64,000 bases of DNA from a virus, in IMG/VR virus record IMGVR_UViG_3300042317_000390, positions 64,001 to 128,000 of that record. One strand, written 5' to 3'. The position numbers and the translations under genes are program-made. Each line of letters starts with the position of its first letter. Position 1 is the first letter of the stretch. The notes under the pieces were generated by a model, which was given only the letters and a program-made list of their open reading frames with translations, was not told the DNA's origin and did no database searches. Below are positions 6,990-15,777 of the stretch, one piece after another.

Positions 6990-7880
6990 ATGGTAGATTT
7001 TGCTAAACTAAAAGCCTCTTCTGGTAAGAAGTCCCTAGAGTCCCTCACTCAAGAACTCACTAAAGTTTCTGGTAACGAATCAAACAACAAAGACGACGAG
7101 CGTTTTTGGCAACCAACTGCTGATAAGGCAGGTAATGGTTATGCTGTTATTCGTTTCCTCCCCGCCCCTGGCGAAGAAGACGTTCCATTCATTCGTCTAT
7201 TTGAGCATGGTTTCAAGGGTCCAGGCGGTTGGTATATTGAGAACTCACTAACCACTCTTGGTAAGAACGATCCTGTTTCTGACTACAATACTAAGCTTTG
7301 GAATAGCGGTATTGAGTCTAACAAGGAAATCGCTCGTAAGCAGAAGCGCAAGCTTAACTTCATTTCCAATATCTACGTAGTCCATGATTCTGGTAATCCA
7401 GACAAGGAAGGCAAAGTCTATCTCTTCAAGTATGGAAAGAAGATCTTTGATAAGCTAAAGGAAGCTATGGAGCCTCAGTTTGAGGACGAAGAGGCAGTCA
7501 ATCCTTTCGATCTTTGGTCAGGTGCTAACTTCAAGCTAAAGATTCGTCAGGTGGAAGGTTATCGTAATTACGATAAGTCTGAGTTTGATAAGGCTGGCCC
7601 TCTGTTCGATGACGACAAGAAGCTAGAGGCAGTATGGAAGCAGGAGTATTCTCTACAAGAGTTTCTTGCGCCATCTAATTTTAAGTCTTACGAGGAATTA
7701 GAAGCCCGTTTATCCAAGGTTCTAGGCTCTCCTAGCGCCCCTAAAGCTTCTAAGGTAGAGGATAGCCTAGACGAAGATAGAGCGCCCTCCTTTAAGGCTA
7801 CTCACGCTCCTAGCTATTCTGGAGACGATGATGATAATGCAGAACTAGAAGAGTTTTTCAATAAACTAAAGGACAAGTAA
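6990..7880 (+). CDS. 32: ssDNA-binding protein gp32 (start ATG 6990)
   Basis: DERFW....DKAGNGYAVIRFLP, YGKKIFDK, NPFDLW.GANFKLK, acidic tail. GGAG RBS before 6990. Confidence 0.97.
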   Translation: MVDFAKLKASSGKKSLESLTQELTKVSGNESNNKDDERFWQPTADKAGNGYAVIRFLPAPGEEDVPFIRLFEHGFKGPGGWYIENSLTTLGKNDPVSDYNTKLWNSGIESNKEIARKQKRKLNFISNIYVVHDSGNPDKEGKVYLFKYGKKIFDKLKEAMEPQFEDEEAVNPFDLWSGANFKLKIRQVEGYRNYDKSEFDKAGPLFDDDKKLEAVWKQEYSLQEFLAPSNFKSYEELEARLSKVLGSPSAPKASKVEDSLDEDRAPSFKATHAPSYSGDDDDNAELEEFFNKLKDK

Positions 7881-7884
7881 AATT

Positions 7885-7907
7885 AGGGGGCATTAGCCCC
7901 CTTTTTT
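7885..7907 (+). terminator. Intrinsic terminator between convergent genes
   Basis: GGGGGC-atta-GCCCCC followed by a T-run. Confidence 0.8.
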
Positions 7908-9876
7908 ATGCACCCATGTGCTTTTTAATTTTCTTAGCTTCTTCCCAGTGATTGCCACCGATTAAAGATGCCCAATCTGGCCAACTAACATCAGCTGGAT
8001 GATTATAATTATATCCAGCCATATCTCCGATATATCCAGATTGACCGCCGTTGACTTGAATGTTATTTTGAGCAGGAGTTTCGTTAAATAAACTCTCTTG
8101 GAATGTTTCTTGATTAGCAGCAGATTGAACAGCAGTTTGTTTAACTATCTGACTATTCATTTCTGGTAAAGAAGTTCCACCTATTAATTGACCTGGACCA
8201 ATAGAAGGCATTAAGGCAGCTTGAGGCATAGGTGCGTTCATATTACCTAAAGCACTAGTTAGCATAGGTAAGAACGATCCTACTATTCCACCAAGACCAC
8301 CTGGCATAAAACTATTTAAAGCTCCTAATCCAATTTGCATAGGTAGATTAGATCCAGCAGGTTCCATTGGTCTAGAAATAGCAGTAGAACCAGATTCTGT
8401 TCTTTCAGCACTAGCAGAAGGCGGTGGAACAGTTTGTACTGTTGTCATTGGCGTTGAGCCGGGAGTTAACGTGGATTTATTATATGCTTCGCTATGTGCT
8501 TGATCGGGTGATGCTCCCATCAAACCACCGATAGCAGACGCACCACCTCTAATACCTTTACCGCCTATTTGAGCATGAATATGATTATCGTGATCTTTAA
8601 CTCTCCAAAGAACAGTATAACCAGCAGCTTGTAATTGTTTAGCTAACTTATCAAACTTTGGACCCCATACAGGATCTCTTGCTTCTACTATATTACCAGG
8701 AGCGTTAATATCCATAGCCATACCATCGTTATGCGCAGATCCAGGATGATGTTGCTCTGGATGAACGCCTCCGAAAGCTGGGTGCTCAGAAACTCTAATT
8801 CCCATACCTTGAAGAGCTTTTCCTAAAGCGACTAGATCGCCAGATGGTAAAGGAGAAGCGCCTTCCATTCTTTCTGAATCTTTACCAGAAGGAGTTACAG
8901 CAGCTGGTGTAGCATCAGATCTTGGAGTAGTAGCAGAAGCTGATTCTGATGGATTAGTAGAGGAACCAGCACTATACGATCTTTCAAATTTTGAAAGATA
9001 AGAACTTGGTGTTATATTATTTCTTTGTGCTTCTGCGGATATAGTATGTTTAGGACCAAGAAAGTGAGTTAATACGGCGTTTCTCAATCCTTCCTTTTTA
9101 ATTAGTTTTTGGAAGTAGTCATTAAATACCGCATCTTGAATTTCTGGTGGAGCATCTACTGCTCTTTTAAATTGAGTTCCAATACCAGCGCCAGCAGCTG
9201 CGCTTTGCCAAGTTGAGTCAATAAATTGATAAGCACCAGAAGCAGAACTGCCTGGGTTTTGTGCTTTATAACCGCCGCTACCTTTCGATTCAATCGATTT
9301 AATAGCATCGGCTGCGGCTTTCATATTAACGTTTTCTGGTCCAGACCCCCAATTAAAACTACTAGTATTAGAATCACCGCCGAGCATAGATGCGCCGCCT
9401 ACCACAGCACCGGCACCGATACCCATTTTAGTTAATTCCCAAAGACCGCTAGAAAGAGTACCAACACCAGAGGTAATTGCACCAAGTAATCCCTTTTCAC
9501 CTAGAGATTCTTTCATGTTCTCGTTTAGAGATTCGGTGCTATCGTTAAGGATAACGATGTTCTTTCCCATATCTCTAATAGAACCTAGAATGTTAGTTTC
9601 TACAGAGATAAGATCCTGCATGTAGACACCAAGTCTATCAATCTTTGACGACATTTCTTGAGTTTCAGATGCTACATCGTTTATAGAGTTTTCTAAATCA
9701 ACTACATCTTGTCTTTGGCTTTTAAATACAGTATAAATGTCTTTTACGACTCTACTGATATTAGCGTTTGACTGCATAGCAGCCTGACGGAATTCACCCA
9801 CGACTTGAGAAATTGAGAACTCCATAGAGTTTCTCATTTGATTTAGAATATAACTTAACTCTTCTGTGTCAGCCAT
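7906..9876 (-). CDS. Tape-measure/hub-like (gp29-position) virion protein with lysozyme-like and M15-like peptidase domains
   Basis: N-terminal helical coiled-coil. IKSIES...NPGSSASGAYQF..STW is a lysozyme-like/transglycosylase motif. H..GSAH..G.AMDI...H..HIH is a Zn peptidase M15/Hedgehog-like motif. Last gene of the tail operon. Confidence 0.7.
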   Translation of the reverse strand: MADTEELSYILNQMRNSMEFSISQVVGEFRQAAMQSNANISRVVKDIYTVFKSQRQDVVDLENSINDVASETQEMSSKIDRLGVYMQDLISVETNILGSIRDMGKNIVILNDSTESLNENMKESLGEKGLLGAITSGVGTLSSGLWELTKMGIGAGAVVGGASMLGGDSNTSSFNWGSGPENVNMKAAADAIKSIESKGSGGYKAQNPGSSASGAYQFIDSTWQSAAAGAGIGTQFKRAVDAPPEIQDAVFNDYFQKLIKKEGLRNAVLTHFLGPKHTISAEAQRNNITPSSYLSKFERSYSAGSSTNPSESASATTPRSDATPAAVTPSGKDSERMEGASPLPSGDLVALGKALQGMGIRVSEHPAFGGVHPEQHHPGSAHNDGMAMDINAPGNIVEARDPVWGPKFDKLAKQLQAAGYTVLWRVKDHDNHIHAQIGGKGIRGGASAIGGLMGASPDQAHSEAYNKSTLTPGSTPMTTVQTVPPPSASAERTESGSTAISRPMEPAGSNLPMQIGLGALNSFMPGGLGGIVGSFLPMLTSALGNMNAPMPQAALMPSIGPGQLIGGTSLPEMNSQIVKQTAVQSAANQETFQESLFNETPAQNNIQVNGGQSGYIGDMAGYNYNHPADVSWPDWASLIGGNHWEEAKKIKKHMGA

Positions 9877-9887
9877 GGTTTACCTTC

Positions 9888-10067
9888 TTATTTTTGTTTC
9901 TTGGCTTCTTCTACTTCCTTCAAATAATCAACTAACATCTGTACATAAATGTCTCTTTCGAATGGTATTAGCGCTTCAACTTCACTTATGGAATATTTAT
10001 GATGCTGAACCATTGAAAATATCGTTGAATAATAGTTAGACAACGATGTATGACTCAGCGCCAAGTA
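9888..10067 (-). CDS. 51: gp51-like segment (59 codons, not in ORF track), probably reached by -1 frameshift from the upstream gene
   Basis: YLALSHTSLSNYYSTIFSMVQHHKYSISEVEALIPFERDIYVQMLVDYLKEVEEAKKQK* matches the short gp51-type pattern NYY..F...QHHKYS..E.E...P.ERDIY. It has no ATG with an RBS ahead of the conserved part. Confidence 0.75.
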   Translation of the reverse strand, partial: YLALSHTSLSNYYSTIFSMVQHHKYSISEVEALIPFERDIYVQMLVDYLKEVEEAKKQK

Positions 10068-10765
10068 AAAAAATCATTTAACGAATTCAGAACGATCTTT
10101 CGTTCATTACCCAAAGAATTTTCATATGTGATAACGTATTCCATTTTAGGAACATTTAATAGAAACTTTTGAATCTGTTCGAATGCCTTGATATTAAGGT
10201 TTTCTATAAAATCATTAAGTTCTTGCTTCTTATAATCTTTACACTGATATACTTCATCTTCATAATAGATCGAATCAATACATCGAACGATTAATTCAAA
10301 CATATAATCCTTCTCTAAGGATAAGAAGTCTTTATCATCATATAGAGCAGCAGTTGGGTATTTCATAATGATTCCAGATTTTCCAGATAACTTGATGTTG
10401 TTATCGACATTCTCTGGATATACCATTTTAACATCATCTAGATTGATATCAAAATCATACTTCTTCTGATCTTCGTTATCTTTATATGTTACCTTGATCA
10501 CGTTATCTACCGATAAAGATCTCAGCTTCAAGAAGATGTATTCTAAATCAAATAGTGCCAGCTTATTAACATCTAAAGTTTTATCAAGAGAGCAGTTGTT
10601 GATAATCTGTTTAATAGCTGCTAGAATATCAGCAGTATTCTCGCTCTCTTTTGACATAAGCAACAGTTTTTCTTCTTTAACTAAAAATGGTCTAAATTGA
10701 AATTCCTTTTTCATCGATGGTATTTCAATTCTGTACATTGGATAGTCAATTTTCGGTAAAGCCAT
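10055..10765 (-). CDS. 26: Baseplate hub assembly protein (gp26/gp51-family as annotated in T4-like cyanophages)
   Basis: MALPKI..P.Y....PS....FRPFLVKEEK.LL, FDLEYIFL.LR..SV, C-terminal L.DFF. Confidence 0.85.
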   Translation of the reverse strand: MALPKIDYPMYRIEIPSMKKEFQFRPFLVKEEKLLLMSKESENTADILAAIKQIINNCSLDKTLDVNKLALFDLEYIFLKLRSLSVDNVIKVTYKDNEDQKKYDFDINLDDVKMVYPENVDNNIKLSGKSGIIMKYPTAALYDDKDFLSLEKDYMFELIVRCIDSIYYEDEVYQCKDYKKQELNDFIENLNIKAFEQIQKFLLNVPKMEYVITYENSLGNERKIVLNSLNDFFTWR

Positions 10766-10781
10766 ATTAAAACTCCATTAA

Positions 10782-11441
10782 TTAAGAACTTACAGTTTCC
10801 CTTTGTGTTCCTGTAAACATATTAGTTGGTTGTGGTCTAATAGTCTGCATACTTGAACCTTCGATAGAATACTCAGTGAATGCAATAGATACGTTGATCT
10901 TCATTAGATTGGTTGTATCAGCCCAAGATAAAGGAACTTCTCTAAGAGCCGTTGGAAAGGCTTCGAACAGATTTATCTTTTGAATGATATTACCAAACTG
11001 ATCGCAAATCATAATAACAATGGTTGAAGAGAATTGGTCTTTATATTCAGCTGTGTAGTTTGGAGCTTGGCCGTTAACACCATTATACTGAAATACTGCT
11101 CTTGTCCACTGATACCAATATTGCCAAAACTCGCAATAATGATCGCCTAGAATAGAGATGTTAATCTCTTGGAACTGTGCCGCTATAGGTTGCTTCTGGG
11201 TTGGACCAATACCGTATCTGTTAATATCAGCGGTCGATAATGAGATGCCAGGCGCTCTGACTTGATCGATACGGAAGCTCATATTTTGAGCTATGGAAGC
11301 AGTTGCTGTAGGATTGCCTTGATTGCTTAAATATGCGTTCGCAAGAACTGGTGGCGTTTGTACCATGACAACGAATGAGTTGTTATCAAGATAACCAAAG
11401 TCCCTGATATTTGTTGCGAATCTGTTTATATTAAAAGCCAT
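10782..11441 (-). CDS. 54: Tail tube initiator gp54-like (tube fold)
   Basis: MAFNIN.F start paralogous to gp19, and L.EAFP.....LSW....V.F motif. Confidence 0.7.
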   Translation of the reverse strand: MAFNINRFATNIRDFGYLDNNSFVVMVQTPPVLANAYLSNQGNPTATASIAQNMSFRIDQVRAPGISLSTADINRYGIGPTQKQPIAAQFQEINISILGDHYCEFWQYWYQWTRAVFQYNGVNGQAPNYTAEYKDQFSSTIVIMICDQFGNIIQKINLFEAFPTALREVPLSWADTTNLMKINVSIAFTEYSIEGSSMQTIRPQPTNMFTGTQRETVSS

Positions 11442-11449
11442 TTTGATTC

Positions 11450-11962
11450 CTATGGGTATTTGTTTACTTTGCTATTAATTTCCCATCTTGCCAACGGTAA
11501 CATAATAACCTTATCCCATTGACTTGGGTGAATAAGGAAGAATGAGCTTCTAACATGACCATAAAGGTATCTTTTTATACAAGCCTGATATTTATAGAAA
11601 TAATTACCATATTCTTTCAATACCATATATGATAAATTTTCTAACTTTGTTGTTGAATTATATTTGTCATTATTAAGTAGTAGGTTTTTCAATGAATCAA
11701 GAAGTTTCTTTCTTGCCAATGGTGTGAGATAATGCATGTTTAGACCTAGAAAACCGTCATCGTAAAATTCCATAGGAAATACTAGAGGGCAAGTGTCCCA
11801 TATTGGCAACTTGTCTTTGGTCTTTGGATCGTAGATGTAAAGGTACATACTACCAACTGAAGGTCTGACTCGTTTTTGATATGTATTTCTTCTGTCTTTG
11901 GTAACTTCATCCAAAGTGTCATTAAACCACTCAACAGACTCTTGATTTTCTTTACTGGCCAT
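11450..11962 (-). CDS. 2: DNA end protector gp2
   Basis: G.MY.Y.YDPKTK.KLP.WD..PL, GFLGLN.HYL, C.KRYL..HVRS. Confidence 0.92.
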   Translation of the reverse strand: MASKENQESVEWFNDTLDEVTKDRRNTYQKRVRPSVGSMYLYIYDPKTKDKLPIWDTCPLVFPMEFYDDGFLGLNMHYLTPLARKKLLDSLKNLLLNNDKYNSTTKLENLSYMVLKEYGNYFYKYQACIKRYLYGHVRSSFFLIHPSQWDKVIMLPLARWEINSKVNKYP

Positions 11963-12412
11963 TTAAAACTTTAATCCGAGTTCGTGTTCTGTCATGATAA
12001 TAAATTCATAACCTCTATCTTTGCAGTATTCTCTGGCTGCTTTCCACTTTGCAGAGTTTACACCCCAGCGCATGACTTCTTTGATGTATTTATTAGATTT
12101 CTTCTTACTTTCTTGAATCACTGGTGGTTTTGTTTGACTGGCAGGTTTGACTTCAATTAAAATAGTCTTAGTCTTGTTATCAACTGTGTTTATTCTTGCA
12201 GTGAAATCAACAAAATATCTGTGGACTCTGTTGTCTACAGGCGAACGATATGGAATTATGGTTTCCTCTGAGGACCACCATATTACGTTAGGATCTGCAT
12301 CGAAACGATTCATAACCAATAATTCCCATCTTGAACGGTAAATTATGTTAGTAGGATCGCCTTTATACTTACTAGGATTTTTTGGTTTAAAAATCCCTTT
12401 ATAGGTAGCCAT
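11963..12412 (-). CDS. 4: Head completion nuclease gp4
   Basis: YKG.F.PKNP.KYKGD...I.YRS.WE, WSSEE..IPY, HRYF.DF, EVKP, N.AKW.AA. Confidence 0.95.
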   Translation of the reverse strand: MATYKGIFKPKNPSKYKGDPTNIIYRSRWELLVMNRFDADPNVIWWSSEETIIPYRSPVDNRVHRYFVDFTARINTVDNKTKTILIEVKPASQTKPPVIQESKKKSNKYIKEVMRWGVNSAKWKAAREYCKDRGYEFIIMTEHELGLKF

Positions 12413-12425
12413 TGTTTGTAATCGG

Positions 12426-12453
12426 AATAAATATAATGAAAAAAGTATTTATA
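12426..12453. promoter_or_regulatory. Crossed divergent late promoters: AATAAATA (+, 12426-12433) and TATAAATA (-, 12446-12453)
   Basis: Both lie in the 50-nt gap between gp4 and gp48. Confidence 0.65.
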
Positions 12454-12462
12454 GGGGATTCT

Positions 12463-13188
12463 ATGCCAAACTTTCCACAACCACCTGGAAGATATAACAA
12501 AGACAATAATGCCTTTCCAAATGATTTGGTTCAAGGCACAAGACAGTTTTACACCAGAATTGGGTTTGGTTTGTATGACTTCTCTTTATCGGGCGGCGCT
12601 GGTGCATTATCACTAGGTGGGTCTATAAAGCTCCCAATGCCAAAAAGAATCAACGATATTGAGAACATTATATGGGAAGAGTGGTCTGCTACACAGGCAG
12701 CACAAGGTGCCGCAGAAGGCGTTGTAACTAGAACTTTGGGTCAAGTATTTGGAACATCATTAACAGCAGGTATTACAGCTGCTGCTCCAATGGCTGGTAT
12801 CGCTTCTGGTAGAGCTTTGAATCCTTTCCAATACATGATGTTCAAAAGACCAGGATTCAAGGAACACACATTAGAGTGGGTATTATCACCAAACACTCAA
12901 TCTGAATCTGATTCTTTACAAAGAATTATTAAACAGTGCAAGAGGGCTGCTCTTCCAACAAGAGAAAGCACATTCTTGATGAAATACCCACAAATAGCTT
13001 TAGTTAGTTTCGTCCCAAATCAATATTTGTTTACCTTAAAACCTTGTGCTATCACTTCTGTACAAGTTAACTTTACAGGTTCTGGTGGTCCATCTTTCTT
13101 CAAGAGCGGTGCGCCTACTGTGGTAACTCTATCTCTTAACTTAAAAGAAATCCAGCTTTGGGAATCAACAGACCCAGACCTAATGTAA
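12463..13188 (+). CDS. 48: Baseplate tail tube cap gp48 (likely start 12463)
   Basis: I.LPMP, NP....F..P.F..H...W.L.P....ES, C.ITS..VN.T, L.L.E motifs. AGGGGA RBS. Confidence 0.8.
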   Translation: MPNFPQPPGRYNKDNNAFPNDLVQGTRQFYTRIGFGLYDFSLSGGAGALSLGGSIKLPMPKRINDIENIIWEEWSATQAAQGAAEGVVTRTLGQVFGTSLTAGITAAAPMAGIASGRALNPFQYMMFKRPGFKEHTLEWVLSPNTQSESDSLQRIIKQCKRAALPTRESTFLMKYPQIALVSFVPNQYLFTLKPCAITSVQVNFTGSGGPSFFKSGAPTVVTLSLNLKEIQLWESTDPDLM

Positions 13189-13200
13189 CGGATAAAGTTT

Positions 13201-14106
13201 ATGGCACAAAGATATTTCGACAAGTTTCCATTAATAACATATAGTAACAATCAAGTTGTTGATATTACTAAGCGTGTTGCTATGCTCGACAAGGTTTCAG
13301 AGAATCCTTATGTTTTCTACCCATATGAAATTACATCAAACGAGAGAGCAGATCAGCTAAGCGCTAGATATTATGAGGATCAATATAAGAGTTGGATAAT
13401 ATATCTTGTTAATAATATCGTAGATCCATATTACGAATGGTACATGAGCGAAAGAGAATTTACAGATTTTCTAGTTAAGAAATATGGCAGCTTCTATGAC
13501 GCTCAAACCAAGATTAAGTATTATAGAAATAATTGGATTGGTCAAGATAATATAGACGTTAGTACATTTAACGCCATGTCTGCTGGTATGCAGAAATATT
13601 GGGAACCGACTCTAGGGACAAATAATAGAATTAATGGTTATACCAGAAAGAAAAATGATTGGACTCTAACTACTAACAAGATTATAACATATGGCGCTAA
13701 TACTACAACATTTTCTGTTTACACTGATAAAGGTTTAGGCTTCAAGGTCGATGAGATCTGTGATATTGTATTCGATGATTATAATTCGGGTAAAGGACAG
13801 TTTGTTGCGTCTAGTAATAGTGAAATATTAATACAGCATGTTAGTGGGAGTTATTATACTAGCAACTCAGTGTCTATTACTTCTAACAGCTATATCTATG
13901 GTACAGAAAGTAAGGTTAATACTAAATTCATCAGCGTATCAACCGCTGCTAATAATATACCAGACGATGAAGTTGTATACTGGAGTCCTATTACGTATTT
14001 TGAATACGAAACTGAAAGAAATGAATATAACAAGACTGTTAGAATCTTGGATAGTGACTATAAACAGAATATGGTAGAAAGTCTTAAACAGAAGATTAAG
14101 GAATAA
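13201..14106 (+). CDS. 53: Baseplate wedge subunit gp53 (extended)
   Basis: YF.KFP.I.Y, ERADQ....YY......W.I...N.I.DPYY.W, and C-terminal Y.EYE...NE....IL. Confidence 0.88.
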   Translation: MAQRYFDKFPLITYSNNQVVDITKRVAMLDKVSENPYVFYPYEITSNERADQLSARYYEDQYKSWIIYLVNNIVDPYYEWYMSEREFTDFLVKKYGSFYDAQTKIKYYRNNWIGQDNIDVSTFNAMSAGMQKYWEPTLGTNNRINGYTRKKNDWTLTTNKIITYGANTTTFSVYTDKGLGFKVDEICDIVFDDYNSGKGQFVASSNSEILIQHVSGSYYTSNSVSITSNSYIYGTESKVNTKFISVSTAANNIPDDEVVYWSPITYFEYETERNEYNKTVRILDSDYKQNMVESLKQKIKE

Positions 14107-14107
14107 A

Positions 14108-15367
14108 ATGCCTGCTGGTGATATAAAAATAACTTCAATTAAAGTTGGTAATATGGATCTAACCAGCACTGATAAAGTGTCTTTGGCTGGATTTAATGTT
14201 TATGAGGACATTCTCAACCCATATGGTCCAGTCGCTGAGATTAGAGTTGTAGATCCATCAGACGCTCTAGGTCAAAACAAAGTTAGCGGATCTTATGACC
14301 AAGATGTTGAGATCAAGTTCTCAGGAGATGATAACATCGGAAGTCTTGGTGGAGGTGGATCTACTCTTAAATTGAAGATGTATCAGAATAAGAACTTAAA
14401 CGACCAGTCTGTAACCAATACAGGTTCTGGTCATCATAAGCAATATGATATTCGTGCTGTATCTCCAGAGTTATTAAACGCACAAGGTAATCACGTCGAA
14501 AAGAGTTTTAATGGAAAGACTGGTGATGTTGTAAAGCACATTCTTGAAAAAGGATTTAAGACCAAGAGACAAATTGAGATAGCAAGTACAAAACAAAGAC
14601 GTATTGTTATTCCAAAGATGCATCCATTAGATGCTATTAAGAAGATGAACGGAGAACACGTTTCAGAAAAGTATGAGTCATCTTGCTTTGCTTTATTCCA
14701 ACAGGCAGATCAAGGCGGTGAGCATAAATATGTGTTCAAGACGTTTGAAGAGTTATTCGAGAAACAGCCTGTTGTTAAGTTAAAACAAACAACAAATCTT
14801 AACTTCAGTAGCGCTAATCAACAGGAAAGACAAAATTCTATTATTTGGTTCAAGCCATCCGATTCATTCTTTACAGGTTCTAGAGCTTTAAGTAAATCAA
14901 GTGAACATACTATAGACCTTACAACCCATAAAGTTGTTGCGACTAATACGAATAAAAGTAACAAGTTTAAGTTCGCAGACGATAGTAAGATTTACGAGCA
15001 AGCACCATCTTATGCTAATTCTGTTCCTATTAGATATATTCATGATAAGGTTAACAATAAGGATAAGCATCAGACATCAGAAGCAAAAACTAAAAGAGCT
15101 GACTTTCTAGCTCAATTAGCACAGACATCTGCCGAATTAGAAGTTTATTACAATCCTAAGATCACATTAGGTTCGGTTATTGAATTACAGATTCCAAAGA
15201 AAGCTAACGATAATACTGAAGAAGGTGAGAAGCAGTGGAATGGTAAGTGCTTAGTCGTTGCTATCAGAACAAAATATAGAGTGGCTAAAGAGCCACCAAA
15301 TTGCACCATGATATTACGAGTCGTGAAGGGTAATTCGTATAAAGAAGGCGGTGGAGGTAATGGATAA
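14108..15367 (+). CDS. Baseplate hub protein (gp27-like)
   Basis: Position between gp53 and gp5. F..YEDI..P pattern and C-terminal G.VI.L.IP...G..LV..I. Confidence 0.65.
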   Translation: MPAGDIKITSIKVGNMDLTSTDKVSLAGFNVYEDILNPYGPVAEIRVVDPSDALGQNKVSGSYDQDVEIKFSGDDNIGSLGGGGSTLKLKMYQNKNLNDQSVTNTGSGHHKQYDIRAVSPELLNAQGNHVEKSFNGKTGDVVKHILEKGFKTKRQIEIASTKQRRIVIPKMHPLDAIKKMNGEHVSEKYESSCFALFQQADQGGEHKYVFKTFEELFEKQPVVKLKQTTNLNFSSANQQERQNSIIWFKPSDSFFTGSRALSKSSEHTIDLTTHKVVATNTNKSNKFKFADDSKIYEQAPSYANSVPIRYIHDKVNNKDKHQTSEAKTKRADFLAQLAQTSAELEVYYNPKITLGSVIELQIPKKANDNTEEGEKQWNGKCLVVAIRTKYRVAKEPPNCTMILRVVKGNSYKEGGGGNG

Positions 15368-15777
15368 TGTTTGAGATTGGAGAGGTTAGAAACTTTGAAG
15401 ACGATCCAACCAAATCAGGTCGTGTAAAAGTTAGAATTTATAATAACCATAACGACGAACAAGGAGTAAAGGACGATGATCTTCCTTGGGCTATGGTCGT
15501 TCATCCTATTACTTCTCCTGCTACTGGTAGAATGGGTATTTCGCCATCTGGGCTTAAAGTTGGATCCAGAGTTCTAGTTACATATTTACCACATGATACT
15601 GCTAAACAATATCCAATTGTATTAGGCTCTCTTGCTCGTGGTGATATGCCAGAAGGTAACGATGATAGTAATGGTGGCGTTGGAACAGATACTCAAGACG
15701 CTCAGAAGAATTCAGGTGGTAAGATTAGAAAGCCAGGAATTGATAATCCAGCTTATACGAAGAAGGACAATAATTAA
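15367..15777 (+). CDS. 5: gp5 N-terminal OB-fold domain as a stand-alone gene
   Basis: G.V....DP...GRVKVRI...H......DDLPWA...P, G.RV...., P.VLGS. Confidence 0.85.
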   Translation: MFEIGEVRNFEDDPTKSGRVKVRIYNNHNDEQGVKDDDLPWAMVVHPITSPATGRMGISPSGLKVGSRVLVTYLPHDTAKQYPIVLGSLARGDMPEGNDDSNGGVGTDTQDAQKNSGGKIRKPGIDNPAYTKKDNN

